Below are positions 19,601-30,100 of a DNA stretch of 64,000 bases, piece after piece. Position numbers and translations under genes: made by a program. How positions within the stretch are numbered: position 1 is the first letter of the stretch; every line of letters begins with the position of its first letter. The notes under the pieces were generated by a model. That model was not told where the DNA came from and ran no database searches. It was given only the letters and a program-made list of their open reading frames with translations. This stretch comes from Candidatus Tepidifontimicrobium thermophilum (GTDB lineage Bacteria > Sysuimicrobiota > Sysuimicrobiia > Sysuimicrobiales > Sysuimicrobiaceae), in the NCBI GenBank assembly GCA_031459915.1, contig JAVKHO010000008.1, positions 51,276-115,275 of the forward strand, written 5' to 3'.

Positions 19601-20716
19601 ATGGTCCGGAAGGTGGGTGCCCTGGTGGTGCTGGCCGCGGTGTGGCTGAGTGCTTCGGGTGCTATCCACGCGGGCGCGGTGGACGAAGTGGAGGTTTACC
19701 GCTGGCGGCTGGAGAACGCGGCCGGGGGGGCGGTGGAGGCCAGCGAGGACGGCGGCCGCACGTGGAGGGTGATCGGGCGGGTCGTACGTCCCGCGGTGAG
19801 CTCCGCGGTGGGGTTCACGGCCAGCCGATGGGGCCGGACGGGCACGGTGGTGGCCAGCGGTGCCAACGCGGTGCACGTGAAGGTAGGAGAGGCTGCCGAC
19901 GGCCGTGGGCTCATTTTCAGCGTGTGGCCCCGTGGCACGCCGTGGGCACCCCACGGGATCCTCACGGACATCCCTGGCGGCCGCGGGATCTTCGGCGGGC
20001 GCTACAGCGCCTTCGTGGGCAACGAGGTCCTGGCGGAGGGGCCGGACGGGCTGCGGCCTGTGGCCGGCTGGGTCCCCACCGTGGGCGTGCGGCTGTGGGT
20101 GGTGGTCCGGCGGCCTGCCCGCTACCCCGCAGAGGTGGAGTTCGAGAACCGGTTCGGCGGCTTGATCCGGGCCCGCTACCTGGACGGCACGGAGGAGCTG
20201 CTGGCGGTGGTGCTGCGGCCCGTGGCGGGCGTGGGCCGGTTCCAGGGGACGCAGTACGTGGGCATCGGCCGCGTGCGGGCCAACCACCCGGGCGTCATCG
20301 ACATCTCTACCTCGCCCGTGGGGCAAGTGGGCGGGTTCCAGATCATCCCCCGGGACCACGCCCACAGCCCGGAGCTGGTGGGCGCGGTGCTGGGGACGCA
20401 GTGGATGGTGGTGGGTCCCCTCAACCCGCTCGACCCCTCGCCCCAGGGGACCGCGCCGCTGTTCTCCGCGTTCATCGCGCCGCGCTACGACCCCGACGAC
20501 CTGCTGGACGAGGAGGAGTGGCAGCGGCGGGTCGCGGAGCGGTTTTTGGTGATGTGCCGGGTGGACGCGGGTCCGTGGACCCTGTTCCCGCCCTTGGTGG
20601 GCCGTCGGGACGACGCCCTCCTGCGGGTGACCCACATCAAGATCCTCATGCCCCTTTGGTCCCGCCAGACGGCGCCGGAGCCTGAGGGCCCGCGAAAGGG
20701 AGGCCGGGGGTTGTGA
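19601..20716 (+). CDS. secreted/exported hypothetical protein
   Basis: GGAGGT SD, signal-peptide-like N-terminus and strong GC3 coding bias. No recognised domain. Confidence 0.8.
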   Translation: MVRKVGALVVLAAVWLSASGAIHAGAVDEVEVYRWRLENAAGGAVEASEDGGRTWRVIGRVVRPAVSSAVGFTASRWGRTGTVVASGANAVHVKVGEAADGRGLIFSVWPRGTPWAPHGILTDIPGGRGIFGGRYSAFVGNEVLAEGPDGLRPVAGWVPTVGVRLWVVVRRPARYPAEVEFENRFGGLIRARYLDGTEELLAVVLRPVAGVGRFQGTQYVGIGRVRANHPGVIDISTSPVGQVGGFQIIPRDHAHSPELVGAVLGTQWMVVGPLNPLDPSPQGTAPLFSAFIAPRYDPDDLLDEEEWQRRVAERFLVMCRVDAGPWTLFPPLVGRRDDALLRVTHIKILMPLWSRQTAPEPEGPRKGGRGL

Positions 20717-20766
20717 GATTATGGGGGAGAAGGGCAGGGAGAATTGTCCGAGCGGAGGGTAGAGGG

Positions 20767-21921
20767 ATGTCGACACCCTATTCCGTGTACGGACCGGCTC
20801 AAGATACCCCGCCGCCCACTAGGCCGCGCGGCCCCGGGTTCGGGGTGTGGGTGGCGGTGGTGGTGCTGGCGGTGGCCAGCGGGGCCGTGGGCGGCTATCT
20901 GTCCGCGCGACGGCTGGCCGGCCCGACCCCTGTGGTGGTCGCCTCCCCACAGGCACCGTCGGCCCCGGGCGGGGTGGTCCGGGTGCAGGCGGAAGAGTCC
21001 GTGGTCATCCAGGTGGTGGAGAAGGTCCGGCCCGCGGTGGTGAACATCCAAACCCGCGGCTTCGCACCGGACTTCTTCGGCCAGCTGTTCCCGCAGGAGG
21101 GAGCGGGCTCGGGCGTCATCGTCAGCGAGGACGGGTACATCCTCACCAACAACCACGTGATCCGGAACGCGACTCAGATCCGGGTGCGGCTGCTAGACGG
21201 CACCGAGCTGGAGGGTCGCGTGGTGGGGACCGACCCGCCCTCGGACCTGGCGGTGATCAAGGTGGATCCCAGGGGCCGGAAGCTCCCGGCAGCAGAACTG
21301 GGGGACTCCCACGCCCTGCGGGTGGGCCAGCTGGCCATCGCCATCGGGAACCCCTTCGGGTTGGGGAGCACGGTGACGGTAGGGGTGGTGAGCGCCCTCA
21401 ACCGCTCCATCCAGGTGCCCGGGTTCGTCATCGACAACCTGATCCAGACCGACGCCGCCATTAACCCTGGCAACAGCGGGGGCGCCCTGGTGAACAGCGC
21501 GGGCCAGGTGATCGGCATCAACACCGCCATCATCCCTCAGGCCCAGGGCATCGGCTTCGCCATTCCCTCCTCGGTGGCGCGGTCCGTGATGGAACAGCTG
21601 ATCCGCACGGGCAGCGTGCAGCGGCCCTTCTTCGGCGTGGCGTACGTGGAGGTGACCCGAGAGCTGGCGCAGGCGTACGGACTGGCGGCAGACCACGGGG
21701 TGCTGGTCCAGCAGGTGGTGCCGGGCAGCGGAGCGGAGGCGGCGGGCGTCAAGCCCCTGGACATCATCGTGGAGATGCAGGGCAAGCGGATCGAGGGTGC
21801 TTCGGACTTCCAGCGGGAGATCCTGCAGCGCCGGGTGGGCGACGTGGTGACGGTGACGGTGGTCCGGGGCGGGCAGCGGCTGCAGCTGCGGGTGCGGCTG
21901 GGACCGCGGCCGCCGCAGTGA
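20767..21921 (+). CDS. HtrA/DegP-family serine protease with PDZ domain
   Basis: TNNHV, DLAV and GNSGG triad, N-terminal TM segment and C-terminal PDZ. Confidence 0.95.
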   Translation: MSTPYSVYGPAQDTPPPTRPRGPGFGVWVAVVVLAVASGAVGGYLSARRLAGPTPVVVASPQAPSAPGGVVRVQAEESVVIQVVEKVRPAVVNIQTRGFAPDFFGQLFPQEGAGSGVIVSEDGYILTNNHVIRNATQIRVRLLDGTELEGRVVGTDPPSDLAVIKVDPRGRKLPAAELGDSHALRVGQLAIAIGNPFGLGSTVTVGVVSALNRSIQVPGFVIDNLIQTDAAINPGNSGGALVNSAGQVIGINTAIIPQAQGIGFAIPSSVARSVMEQLIRTGSVQRPFFGVAYVEVTRELAQAYGLAADHGVLVQQVVPGSGAEAAGVKPLDIIVEMQGKRIEGASDFQREILQRRVGDVVTVTVVRGGQRLQLRVRLGPRPPQ

Positions 21922-21928
21922 GGGTGCC

Positions 21929-22900
21929 GTGGAACGAGCCCTGATGTTGGAGTTCGTGCAGGTGACAGAGGCTGCAGCCCTGGCCGCGGCCCGCCTCATG
22001 GGACGGGGCGACGGTGAGGCGGTGGACCGGGTGGCGGTGGAGGCCATGCGGGGCGCGCTGGCCCAGCTACCCATCCGCGGCCGGGTGGTCATCGGGGAGG
22101 GCGAGCGGGACGAGGCGCCCATGCTGTACATCGGCGAGGAGGTGGGCGCGGGTACGGGCTACCCGGTGGACATGGCGGTGGATCCCGTGGAGGGCACCAC
22201 CCTGGTGGCTCGGGGTCAGCCCAACGCCATCTCCGTCATTGCCGCCAGCGAGCGGGGCGGGATCCTGCACGCTCCCGACGTGTACATGGAAAAGCTCATC
22301 GTCGGGCCTGCCGCGGCGGGCCGGGTGGATCTGCGGTGGCCGACAGCGCGGAACCTGAGCACCATCGCCAGCTCCCTGCGGCGGAGCGTGCAGGACATCA
22401 CGGTGGTGATCCTGGACCGGCCCCGCCACGCGGGACTCATCGAGCAGGTGCGCGAGGCGGGCGCCCGGATCCGGTTGATTTCCGACGGGGACGTCAGCGC
22501 CGCCATCGCGGCCGCCCTCTCGGGCACCGGGGTGCACGCGGTGATGGGGATCGGGGGCGCTCCGGAGGGAGTGCTGGCGGCCGCGGCCCTGCGCTGTCTC
22601 GGCGGGGAGATCCAGGGCCGGTTCTGGTTCCGCAACGACGAGGAGCGGGAGCGGGTCCGGGGGATGGGGGTGGACGACCCCGACCGGGTCTTCCTCACCG
22701 AGGACCTGGTCCCGGGGCGCGAGGTGGTGTTCTCCTGCACCGGGATCACGGACGGGGACCTGTTCAAGGGGGTGTTGTTCTTCGCCGGTGGTCAGCGCAC
22801 CCATACCCTGGTCATGGGTGCGCGCTGCGGGGAGATCCGATTCGTGGATTCCGTGCACGTGGCCGACCGTGAGCGGGTAGGGCCCATCCGGCTCTTCTGA
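21929..22900 (+). CDS. glpX: fructose-1,6-bisphosphatase class II
   Basis: [28 protein letters not shown] and GGAPEGV. Confidence 0.97.
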   Translation: MERALMLEFVQVTEAAALAAARLMGRGDGEAVDRVAVEAMRGALAQLPIRGRVVIGEGERDEAPMLYIGEEVGAGTGYPVDMAVDPVEGTTLVARGQPNAISVIAASERGGILHAPDVYMEKLIVGPAAAGRVDLRWPTARNLSTIASSLRRSVQDITVVILDRPRHAGLIEQVREAGARIRLISDGDVSAAIAAALSGTGVHAVMGIGGAPEGVLAAAALRCLGGEIQGRFWFRNDEERERVRGMGVDDPDRVFLTEDLVPGREVVFSCTGITDGDLFKGVLFFAGGQRTHTLVMGARCGEIRFVDSVHVADRERVGPIRLF

Positions 22901-22906
22901 AGGGCT

Positions 22907-24256
22907 TCAGGCCCGGGCGCGAGACTCCCACTCGTGGAGCCAGTTGCGCAGCAGGTCCGCGAGGGTCGGGGAGCCCACCTCCTCCAGCTCGTACCGGACC
23001 CTGGCGGCGGGCTTGTCCAGGCGCAGCAACCGTCGCAGGTCCACGGGGGTTCCCACCACCACCGCGTCCGCCTCGGCGCGCAGGAGGGTTTGCTCGAGCT
23101 CCCGCAGCTGCTCGCCTCCGTACCCCATGGCCGGCAGCACCTGGGTGAGGTGCGGGTAGTCGCGGAACACTTGCTGCAGGCTGCCCACCGCGTACGGCCG
23201 CGGGTCCACCACCACCGCCCCCAGTCGGCGGGCGGCCAGAAGCCCGGCGCCGTAAGGCATCCCGCCGTGCGTCACGGTGGGCCCGTCCTCCACGACGACC
23301 ACCCTACATCCCACCACTACCTCCGGGCGATCCACCTGGATGGGCGAGGCCGCCTCCACCACCACCGCGCCGGGGTTGGCGGACCGGACGTTCCGCACCA
23401 CCTCCTCCACCGCCTCCCGGGGTGCGGTGTCCACCTTGTTGACCACCACCACGTGGGCCATGCGGAGGTTGACCTCTCCAGGGTGGTAGCGCAGCTCGTG
23501 GCCGGCCCGGTGGGGGTCGGCTACCACCACGTAGCGGTCGGGCCAGACGAACGGGAAGTCGTTGTTGCCTCCGTCCCACACCAGGACCTCGGCCTCCGCC
23601 TCGGCTCTGCGGAACACCTCCCCGTAGTCCACACCCGCGTACACCGGCACGCCCACGGCCACGTGGGGCTCGTACTCCTCGCGCTCCTCCACCGTCAGGG
23701 GCGTGCGGTCCAGGTCCTCCCACGAAGCGAATCGCTGCACCGCCTGGGCCACGAGGTCGCCGTAGGCCATGGGGTGGCGGACCACCACCACCCGCTTCCC
23801 CCACTCGCGCAAAAGGCGCGCCAGCTTGCGGGCCGTCTGGCTCTTGCCGCTGCCCGTGCGCACCGCACCGACGGCCACCACCGGCACGCGGACCCGCAAC
23901 ATGGTGTCTTCTGGGCCCAGGAAGCGGACGCTGCTGCCCGCGGCCAGCGCCCGGGAGGCCACGTGCATCACGTGCTCGTGGGAGACGTCACTGTAGCTGA
24001 ACACCACCTCCCGGACGCCCTCCCGGCGGATCCACGCCTCCATCTCCTCCTCGGGCACGATGGGGATCCCCTCCGGGTAGCCGGGACCTGCTAGCTCCGG
24101 TGGGTACCGTCGGCCTGCGAGGTTGGGGATCTGGGTGGCGGTGAACGCCACCACCCGGTAGTCCGGCCGGTGGCGGAAGTACACGTTGAAGTTGTGGAAG
24201 TCCCGGCCGCCGGCCCCCAAGATCAGCACGCGGACGGGTTCGGCCACCACGCTCAC
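22907..24256 (-). CDS. P-loop NTP-dependent enzyme of the 'putative GTPase / cDPG synthase-like' family; likely arginine synthetase (ArcE-like)
   Basis: GAGGRDFHNFN, FTATQIP, RTGSGKS, RHPM, EEREEYE, WDGGNND and EDGPT.THGGM. Overlaps the argS stop. Confidence 0.7.
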   Translation of the reverse strand: MSVVAEPVRVLILGAGGRDFHNFNVYFRHRPDYRVVAFTATQIPNLAGRRYPPELAGPGYPEGIPIVPEEEMEAWIRREGVREVVFSYSDVSHEHVMHVASRALAAGSSVRFLGPEDTMLRVRVPVVAVGAVRTGSGKSQTARKLARLLREWGKRVVVVRHPMAYGDLVAQAVQRFASWEDLDRTPLTVEEREEYEPHVAVGVPVYAGVDYGEVFRRAEAEAEVLVWDGGNNDFPFVWPDRYVVVADPHRAGHELRYHPGEVNLRMAHVVVVNKVDTAPREAVEEVVRNVRSANPGAVVVEAASPIQVDRPEVVVGCRVVVVEDGPTVTHGGMPYGAGLLAARRLGAVVVDPRPYAVGSLQQVFRDYPHLTQVLPAMGYGGEQLRELEQTLLRAEADAVVVGTPVDLRRLLRLDKPAARVRYELEEVGSPTLADLLRNWLHEWESRARA

Positions 24257-26082
24257 ATGACCTCGGGGGCGGGGACCCCCAACAGTTCCAGGCCGGTACG
24301 CAGCACGTCCCGCACCTGGCGCACCAGGGCCAGCCGGACGCCCCGCAGCCCCGGCGGTGCCTGGAGGACGGGGGTAGCGGGGCTTCCGTCCGGGCGGCGG
24401 GCGTTGTAGTAAGCGTTCCACGCGGCGGCTAGGTCCAGCAGGTACTGGGCCAGAACGTGCGGGGTGCGCTGGGCCGCGGCCGCGGCCACCACGTCCGGGA
24501 AGTCCAGCAACGCGCGGGCCACCGGCCTCTCGTACTCCGTGGCCTGCGCGAAGTCCGGTTCCTCGGTCAGCACGCCCGCCTCCTCCGCCCGGCGCAGGAT
24601 GGAGGCCGCCCGGGCGTGGGCGTACTGCACGTACGGCCCGCTGTCCCCGTCGAAGGACAGGGCCTGCTCCCAGCGGAAGTCGATCTGCCGGCGGGGTTCT
24701 GTCTTCACCATGGCGAACCGTACCGCGCCGATCCCCACCTGCTCGGCGGCCGACTCCGGGTCGGGGTGTTCAGGGTTCTTTTCCGCCACCACCGCCCGCG
24801 CCCTGCGGTGCGCCTCGTCCAGCACCTCGTCCACGGAGACCGTGTGACCCCGGCGGCCAGAGATCCGGCGGCCCTCCAGGGTCACGGTCTCGTAGGCCAG
24901 GTGGTGGGCGCCCTCCGCCAGGTCCGGCCGGCCGGCCACGGCCAGGGCGGTCCGCACCACCCGCTGGGGGTAGCTCTGGGTGGCGTCGATGACGTTGATG
25001 GTCTCCTCGCAGCCTCCGAACCGCACCGAGCGGTCGCCCTCCGGGTGGGAGGTGTACAGGAGGCGGCCGGAGGGCTGCCGGGTGAAAGGCCGGAAGCCCA
25101 GGCCCTGCAGCAGCCCCATCTTCCAGAACTGGAAGGCGATGTCCTTGGCCGGGTAGGTGGCGGTGCCATCGGACCGGACCAGTACCAGGTAGGGGTCCTC
25201 CAGCCCCTGTACGAACGACGACGTGTCCATCACCAGGGCCCCCGCGTACTTCCCCTCACGGGGTCGTTGCACGTAGGGGGTGTGTTCCAACAGGGCCAGG
25301 GCCTGCTGCAGGAGACCTTCCCGTACGAGGTCAGACTCCCACACCAGCGCGTCGTACTCCGCGCCCAGGCGCCACATGGTGTCCAGCTGCGCCCGCAGGA
25401 CGCGCTCTACCGCCGACCGCAGCTCCCCGGCTTCCAGCCGGTGGAGCACCGCCCGCACGCCTGCCTCGAGCTCCTCCCGGAGGCGCGGATCCTCCATCTC
25501 CCGGTGCAGGCGGACGTACGCCTGGCCCACCCAGTGGTCGTACTTGGTGACGCCGTCGTAGCGCAGCCCGTACCGCTCCACGGCGAACAAGGTCTCCGCC
25601 ACCTGGCGGCCGGTGTCGTCGATGTAGTTGAGGACCTGGACCTCATAGCCGGCGTATCGGAGGATGCGGCTCAGGGCGTCACCTAGGGCGATGTTGCGCA
25701 GGTGGCCCACGTGCAGCTCTTTGTTCGGGTTGACGGAGGTGTGCTCCACCAGCACCCTCCGCCCCACCGGCGCAGGCGGGCGGAGGGGTTCGGTGGCTGC
25801 CCGGACCAACTCTCCTAGCCCCACGGTGAAGTTCACATACCCGCCTGCTGCCTCCGCACCGACCACGCCGGGCGGCAGGCAGACCCGGGCGGCCAGCTCC
25901 TGAGCGATCTCCGCGGGAGGACGGCGCAGGACTCGCGCGAGGGAGAAGGCCACCGGGGTGCCGTAGTCGCCGGGCCGGTCCGGCGGGGTCGGTTGCACCG
26001 GCACGTCCACGGACTCCTCCACCCCGAGCAGGGCCAGTGCCTGCTCTAGGGCCCTTTGCAGCTCCGCCTTGAGGTTCCGCAC
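24253..26082 (-). CDS. argS: arginine--tRNA ligase
   Basis: GDYGT, EHTSVNPNKELHVGHLRN (HIGH), RSDGTATY and GPYVQYAHARAASI. Confidence 0.95.
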   Translation of the reverse strand: MRNLKAELQRALEQALALLGVEESVDVPVQPTPPDRPGDYGTPVAFSLARVLRRPPAEIAQELAARVCLPPGVVGAEAAGGYVNFTVGLGELVRAATEPLRPPAPVGRRVLVEHTSVNPNKELHVGHLRNIALGDALSRILRYAGYEVQVLNYIDDTGRQVAETLFAVERYGLRYDGVTKYDHWVGQAYVRLHREMEDPRLREELEAGVRAVLHRLEAGELRSAVERVLRAQLDTMWRLGAEYDALVWESDLVREGLLQQALALLEHTPYVQRPREGKYAGALVMDTSSFVQGLEDPYLVLVRSDGTATYPAKDIAFQFWKMGLLQGLGFRPFTRQPSGRLLYTSHPEGDRSVRFGGCEETINVIDATQSYPQRVVRTALAVAGRPDLAEGAHHLAYETVTLEGRRISGRRGHTVSVDEVLDEAHRRARAVVAEKNPEHPDPESAAEQVGIGAVRFAMVKTEPRRQIDFRWEQALSFDGDSGPYVQYAHARAASILRRAEEAGVLTEEPDFAQATEYERPVARALLDFPDVVAAAAAQRTPHVLAQYLLDLAAAWNAYYNARRPDGSPATPVLQAPPGLRGVRLALVRQVRDVLRTGLELLGVPAPEVM

Positions 26083-26119
26083 TCCCGGACCATGGTAACA
26101 GGACCCGCGCGGCTCCGGA

Positions 26120-26128
26120 TGGTATAAT
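26120..26128 (+). promoter_or_regulatory. extended -10 (TGGTATAAT); leaderless start of the 26135 ORF
   Basis: Perfect TGnTATAAT 6 nt before GTG 26135, with no SD. Confidence 0.65.
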
Positions 26129-26134
26129 GCGGCC

Positions 26135-26470
26135 GTGAGCGCGGCGCGGGAGCTGCTGGACCGGGTGGTGCGCTCGGTGCGGGAGGGTGCCACCTCGGTG
26201 GCGCGCGAGTCCGAGAGGCTCGCCCGGGCGGCCCGGGTGCGTCTGGAGATCGGGACGCTGCAGGCCCGCCTGGAAAACCGCTACACGGACATCGGGCGGC
26301 TGGTGCACGCGAGGTACCGGGCGGGCACCCTGCAGGACCCAGAGCTGGCGGCCCTGTGCGAGCCCGCGGAGGCGCTGGAAGTGGAGATCCGCCGGCTCGA
26401 ACAGGAGCTGGCGGACCTGCGCAGCGCGGAGGCGGCCCGGGTCGGGCCTGACCACCGTCCCGGCGAGTAG
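26135..26470 (+). CDS. small coiled-coil hypothetical protein
   Basis: Helical heptad pattern, coding-like codon usage and its own promoter. Confidence 0.75.
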   Translation: MSAARELLDRVVRSVREGATSVARESERLARAARVRLEIGTLQARLENRYTDIGRLVHARYRAGTLQDPELAALCEPAEALEVEIRRLEQELADLRSAEAARVGPDHRPGE

Positions 26471-26561
26471 CTAGTCCCGGCACGTGGGGACGCCAGGCCC
26501 AGGGGAACGGGTTGCCGCGTCGGTGAGCAGTTCCCCCTTGACGGAGACCTGAGGAGGTCCA

Positions 26562-27815
26562 GTGGGTGTGTTTGGCCGGAGGCACGTTTGCGCGGTCCTG
26601 CTGGCGGCCGTGCTCGCCCTACCCGCGTGGGGCCAGATCTTCACCGACGTGGCGGGCCGGCCGGAGCAGCGGATGCTGGACAAGCTGGCGGCCAGAGGGG
26701 TGTTCCCCATCCCCCAGGACCGCCGCTTCCAGCCGGAAGAACGCATCACCCGTCTGGACTTCTTCACCGCCCTGGCCCGGGCGGTGGGACTGCGGGAGGG
26801 CGGGGGCGCCCTGCCGGACTACCGGGACGCTCAGGAGATCCCCTCCGGTGCGCGCGGCCTGCTGGCGGCCCTGGCCAGCGCGGGAACCGTCAACCAGCGC
26901 AAGGCGGTCCGCAAGGTGCAGGAGTGGGAGGTGATCCTGGAGACGGACAAGGGGACCTACGGGCCCGGGGAGGAGATCGGGCTCACCCTGTCCCTGCGCA
27001 ACACGTCCGGCCAGGCCGCTCAGGTGGAGTTCCCCACGTCGCAGCGCTACGACTTCGTGATCCGCAGCCCGTCCGGGGAGGAGGTGGCCCGCTGGTCTTT
27101 GGGCCAGCAGTTCACCGCCCAGGGCCTGAAGCTGACGGTGCAGCCCAACCAGCAGGTGGTCCTCGGGGACACGAAGTGGAAGCAGCTGGACCAGAACGAC
27201 CGGCCGGTGCCGCCGGGCCGGTACGAGTTGGTGGGCGTGGTCACCGCGCGGCCCCAGCCCATGACGGTGACCATCTTTTTCACCAAGGGGTTCGTGACCA
27301 GCTTCCCCGACAACACCTTCCGGCCGCGGGCGCCCATCTCGCGGGCGGAGGTGGCGGAGCTGGCCGCGCGGGTGAGCGGGCTGGAGCAGGAGGCGCTGGC
27401 CAAGCGCGGTGGCCCCATCCCCGCGCAGGACGCCCAGGAGGTGAAACCGGAACACCGCGGATACGTGGCCCTGGCGGTGGAACGGAAGTTCCTCCTGCTC
27501 TCGGACGGACGGGTGCGGGCCAACGACCCCGCCACGCGGCTGGACGCGGCGGTAGCGCTGGACGGGGTCATGAACGTCCTGGGCCGGTACAGCTTCGTGC
27601 GCGGCCGCTTCCGGTCCATCCAGCCCGGGAACCCGTCCATCCTGTCCGTGACCGACGGGCCCACCATCCGCAGCTTCCGCCTGGGCCCGGTGGTGGCGGT
27701 TTACCGGAACGACCGGCCCGCTCAGCTTCAGGACTTGAAGCCCAACGACGAATTGGCCATGCTGTTGCTGGGGGACGTGGGAGACGTGAGCTACATTGAG
27801 GCGAAGGGACCGTAG
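26562..27815 (+). CDS. S-layer homology (SLH) protein carrying a BsuPI-like (proteinase-inhibitor Ig-like) domain
   Basis: Signal peptide, SLH repeats (FTDV..FQPEERITR; FPDNTFRPRAPISRAE; ATRLDAA) and a BsuPI-like FPTSQRYDF..RWS..F segment. Confidence 0.8.
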   Translation: MGVFGRRHVCAVLLAAVLALPAWGQIFTDVAGRPEQRMLDKLAARGVFPIPQDRRFQPEERITRLDFFTALARAVGLREGGGALPDYRDAQEIPSGARGLLAALASAGTVNQRKAVRKVQEWEVILETDKGTYGPGEEIGLTLSLRNTSGQAAQVEFPTSQRYDFVIRSPSGEEVARWSLGQQFTAQGLKLTVQPNQQVVLGDTKWKQLDQNDRPVPPGRYELVGVVTARPQPMTVTIFFTKGFVTSFPDNTFRPRAPISRAEVAELAARVSGLEQEALAKRGGPIPAQDAQEVKPEHRGYVALAVERKFLLLSDGRVRANDPATRLDAAVALDGVMNVLGRYSFVRGRFRSIQPGNPSILSVTDGPTIRSFRLGPVVAVYRNDRPAQLQDLKPNDELAMLLLGDVGDVSYIEAKGP

Positions 27816-27827
27816 CGGAGCCCGCGC

Positions 27828-28511
27828 ATGCGCCTCTTCCTGGACACCGCCAACCCTGACCAGATCCGTACCGCGGCGTCGTGGGGGATCCTGGACGGGG
27901 TGACCACGAACCCGACCCTGATGGCGCGGGAGGGGCGGGAGCCGCGGGAGCTCGTGCGGGAGATCGCCCGCTGGGTCTCCGGCCCCATCAGCGTGGAGAC
28001 CACCAGCCTGGACGCGGAGGGCATGATCCAGGAGGCCCGGGAGTTTGTGGGCTGGGCTCCGAACGTGGTGGTCAAGGTGCCCATGACGCCGGAGGGCTTG
28101 CGGGCGGTGGTGGCCCTCCGGGGGGAGGGCATCCGCACCAACGTGACTCTGGTGTTCACGCCGGTGCAGGCGTTGCTGGCGGCGAAGGCGGGTGCGACGT
28201 TCGTCAGCCCCTTCGTGGGTCGGCTGGACGACATCGGCCACGTGGGGATGGACACGGTCCGGCAGGCGGTGGAGATCCTGCGGCGGTACGGGTTCCCCAC
28301 CCAGGTGCTGGCCGCCAGCCTGCGGCACCCCCTGCACGTGCTGGAAGCGGCACGGGCAGGAGCGGACATCGCCACCATGCCCTTCGCCACGATGGAGCAG
28401 CTGTTCCGCCACCCGCTCACGGACCAGGGGCTGGAGCGGTTCCTGGCGGACTGGCGCAGGCTGCAGGCGGAGCTATCTAGCCGCACCGCCGCGCCCGCCG
28501 GGGGGTCGTAG
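27828..28511 (+). CDS. tal: transaldolase / fructose-6-phosphate aldolase (type 3B)
   Basis: [34 protein letters not shown] and HPLTDQG. Confidence 0.93.
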   Translation: MRLFLDTANPDQIRTAASWGILDGVTTNPTLMAREGREPRELVREIARWVSGPISVETTSLDAEGMIQEAREFVGWAPNVVVKVPMTPEGLRAVVALRGEGIRTNVTLVFTPVQALLAAKAGATFVSPFVGRLDDIGHVGMDTVRQAVEILRRYGFPTQVLAASLRHPLHVLEAARAGADIATMPFATMEQLFRHPLTDQGLERFLADWRRLQAELSSRTAAPAGGS

Positions 28512-28625
28512 GAGCGACCCGCACCCCGGGCGCGGAGCTTCGGAACGGCGCGCCTTGCAGAACGCCGAGACGTCCCCGGTCGGCCCGGCCGGGCGGCAGC
28601 GGACACACGGGCACAGGAACTGGAG

Positions 28626-29906
28626 GTGGCAACGATTCTCGCGCTGGCGGAACTGGAAGCCAAGAACCTGAACGAGCTCCAGGAGATTGCGAAGGAGCTG
28701 AACATCCCCAACTACCGCCGGTACCGCAAGCAGGAGCTCATCATGCGGATCCTGCAGGCGCAGACCGAGCAGTCGGGGCTCATGTTCCGCTCCGGGATCC
28801 TGGAGATCATGCCGGAGGGCTACGGGTTCCTGCGATCCAGCGGGTACCTGCCCGGCTCGGAGGACATCTACGTGTCCCCCTCCCAGATCAAACGGTTCGG
28901 GCTGCGGGTGGGGGACGAGGTCCTGGGACAGGTGAGGCCCCCCAAGGACAACGAAAAGTACTACGCCCTCCTGCGGGTGGAGGCGGTGAACGGCCTGGAT
29001 CCCGAGCAGGCGCGCAGCCGTCCCCACTTCGAGCAACTGACCCCGGTCTTCCCGTACGAGCGCTTCCGCCTGGAGACCGGCAGCGACCTGACCACCCGGG
29101 TGGTGGATCTGTTCGCGCCCATCGGCAAGGGGCAGCGGGCCATGATCGTGTCCCCTCCCAAGGCGGGGAAGACCACGCTGTTGAAGAAGATCGGGCAGGC
29201 CATCGTGCAGAACCACCCCGAGGTGTACCTCATGGTGCTGCTGCTGGACGAGCGGCCGGAGGAGGTCACCGACATGCGTCGGTCCGTGGAGGCGGAGGTG
29301 GTGGCCAGTACCTTCGACCGGCCGCCGGAAGAGCACGTGCAGGTGGCGGACCTGGTGCTGGAGCGAGCCAAGCGGATCGTGGAGGGTAAGCGGGACGTGG
29401 TGATCCTCCTGGACAGCCTAACGCGGTTCGCGCGGGCCAACAACCTGGTGATCCCGCCCTCAGGTCGCACCCTGTCCGGTGGCCTGGATCCCGCGGCCCT
29501 GCACCGGCCCAAGCGGTTCTTCGGAGCCGCGCGCAAGATCGAGGAGGGGGGCAGCCTAACCATCGTGGCCACCGCCCTCATCGACACCGGCAGCCGTATG
29601 GACGACATGATCTACGAGGAGTTCAAGGGCACGGGGAACATGGAGCTGCACCTGAACCGCAAGCTCCAGGAGCGGCGCACGTTCCCCGCTATCGACATCA
29701 AGATGTCCGGCACCCGGCGCGAGGAACTCCTGCTGACGGAGGAGGAGCTGCGCAAGGTGTGGGTGCTCCGCAAGTCTCTGGAGCAGCTGGACACGGTGGC
29801 CATGACGGAGCTGATCCTGGACCGGATGCGCAAGACCCCCAACAACGCGGCCTTCCTCCGGTCCATCGTGAAGTCCTCCGAGGAAGAGATCCGGGTGGGT
29901 TCCTAA
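28626..29906 (+). CDS. rho: transcription termination factor Rho
   Basis: [38 protein letters not shown] and [10 protein letters not shown]. Confidence 0.98.
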   Translation: MATILALAELEAKNLNELQEIAKELNIPNYRRYRKQELIMRILQAQTEQSGLMFRSGILEIMPEGYGFLRSSGYLPGSEDIYVSPSQIKRFGLRVGDEVLGQVRPPKDNEKYYALLRVEAVNGLDPEQARSRPHFEQLTPVFPYERFRLETGSDLTTRVVDLFAPIGKGQRAMIVSPPKAGKTTLLKKIGQAIVQNHPEVYLMVLLLDERPEEVTDMRRSVEAEVVASTFDRPPEEHVQVADLVLERAKRIVEGKRDVVILLDSLTRFARANNLVIPPSGRTLSGGLDPAALHRPKRFFGAARKIEEGGSLTIVATALIDTGSRMDDMIYEEFKGTGNMELHLNRKLQERRTFPAIDIKMSGTRREELLLTEEELRKVWVLRKSLEQLDTVAMTELILDRMRKTPNNAAFLRSIVKSSEEEIRVGS

Positions 29907-30100
29907 AGAACAACGGATCCCCCAACCTCGCCAGGGGCCACGCGCGAAGCTGGGATAGATTGAGGGCCAGGTCGCTCGTGGCGGGCATTCGTTCGAATCT
30001 ATCCCTGTTGACAACCTAGCCTATAATCTATGCGTCCGCTGTTGCGCGGGCGTCGTCCGTAGCAGCAACCATACTCAGGTAAGGATACCCGGGAGGGGCG

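Noticed and set aside
19532..20776. 700-aa AccD and 607-aa opposite-strand ORF extensions
   Set aside because: These are GC-rich open-frame artefacts of two divergent genes. Homology and SD signals place the starts at 19531 and 19601.
29907..30100. c-di-AMP (ydaO) riboswitch, SRP or 6S RNA upstream of the LysM/M23 gene
   Set aside because: The conserved motifs of these RNAs were not found. Kept only as an unassigned structured spacer.
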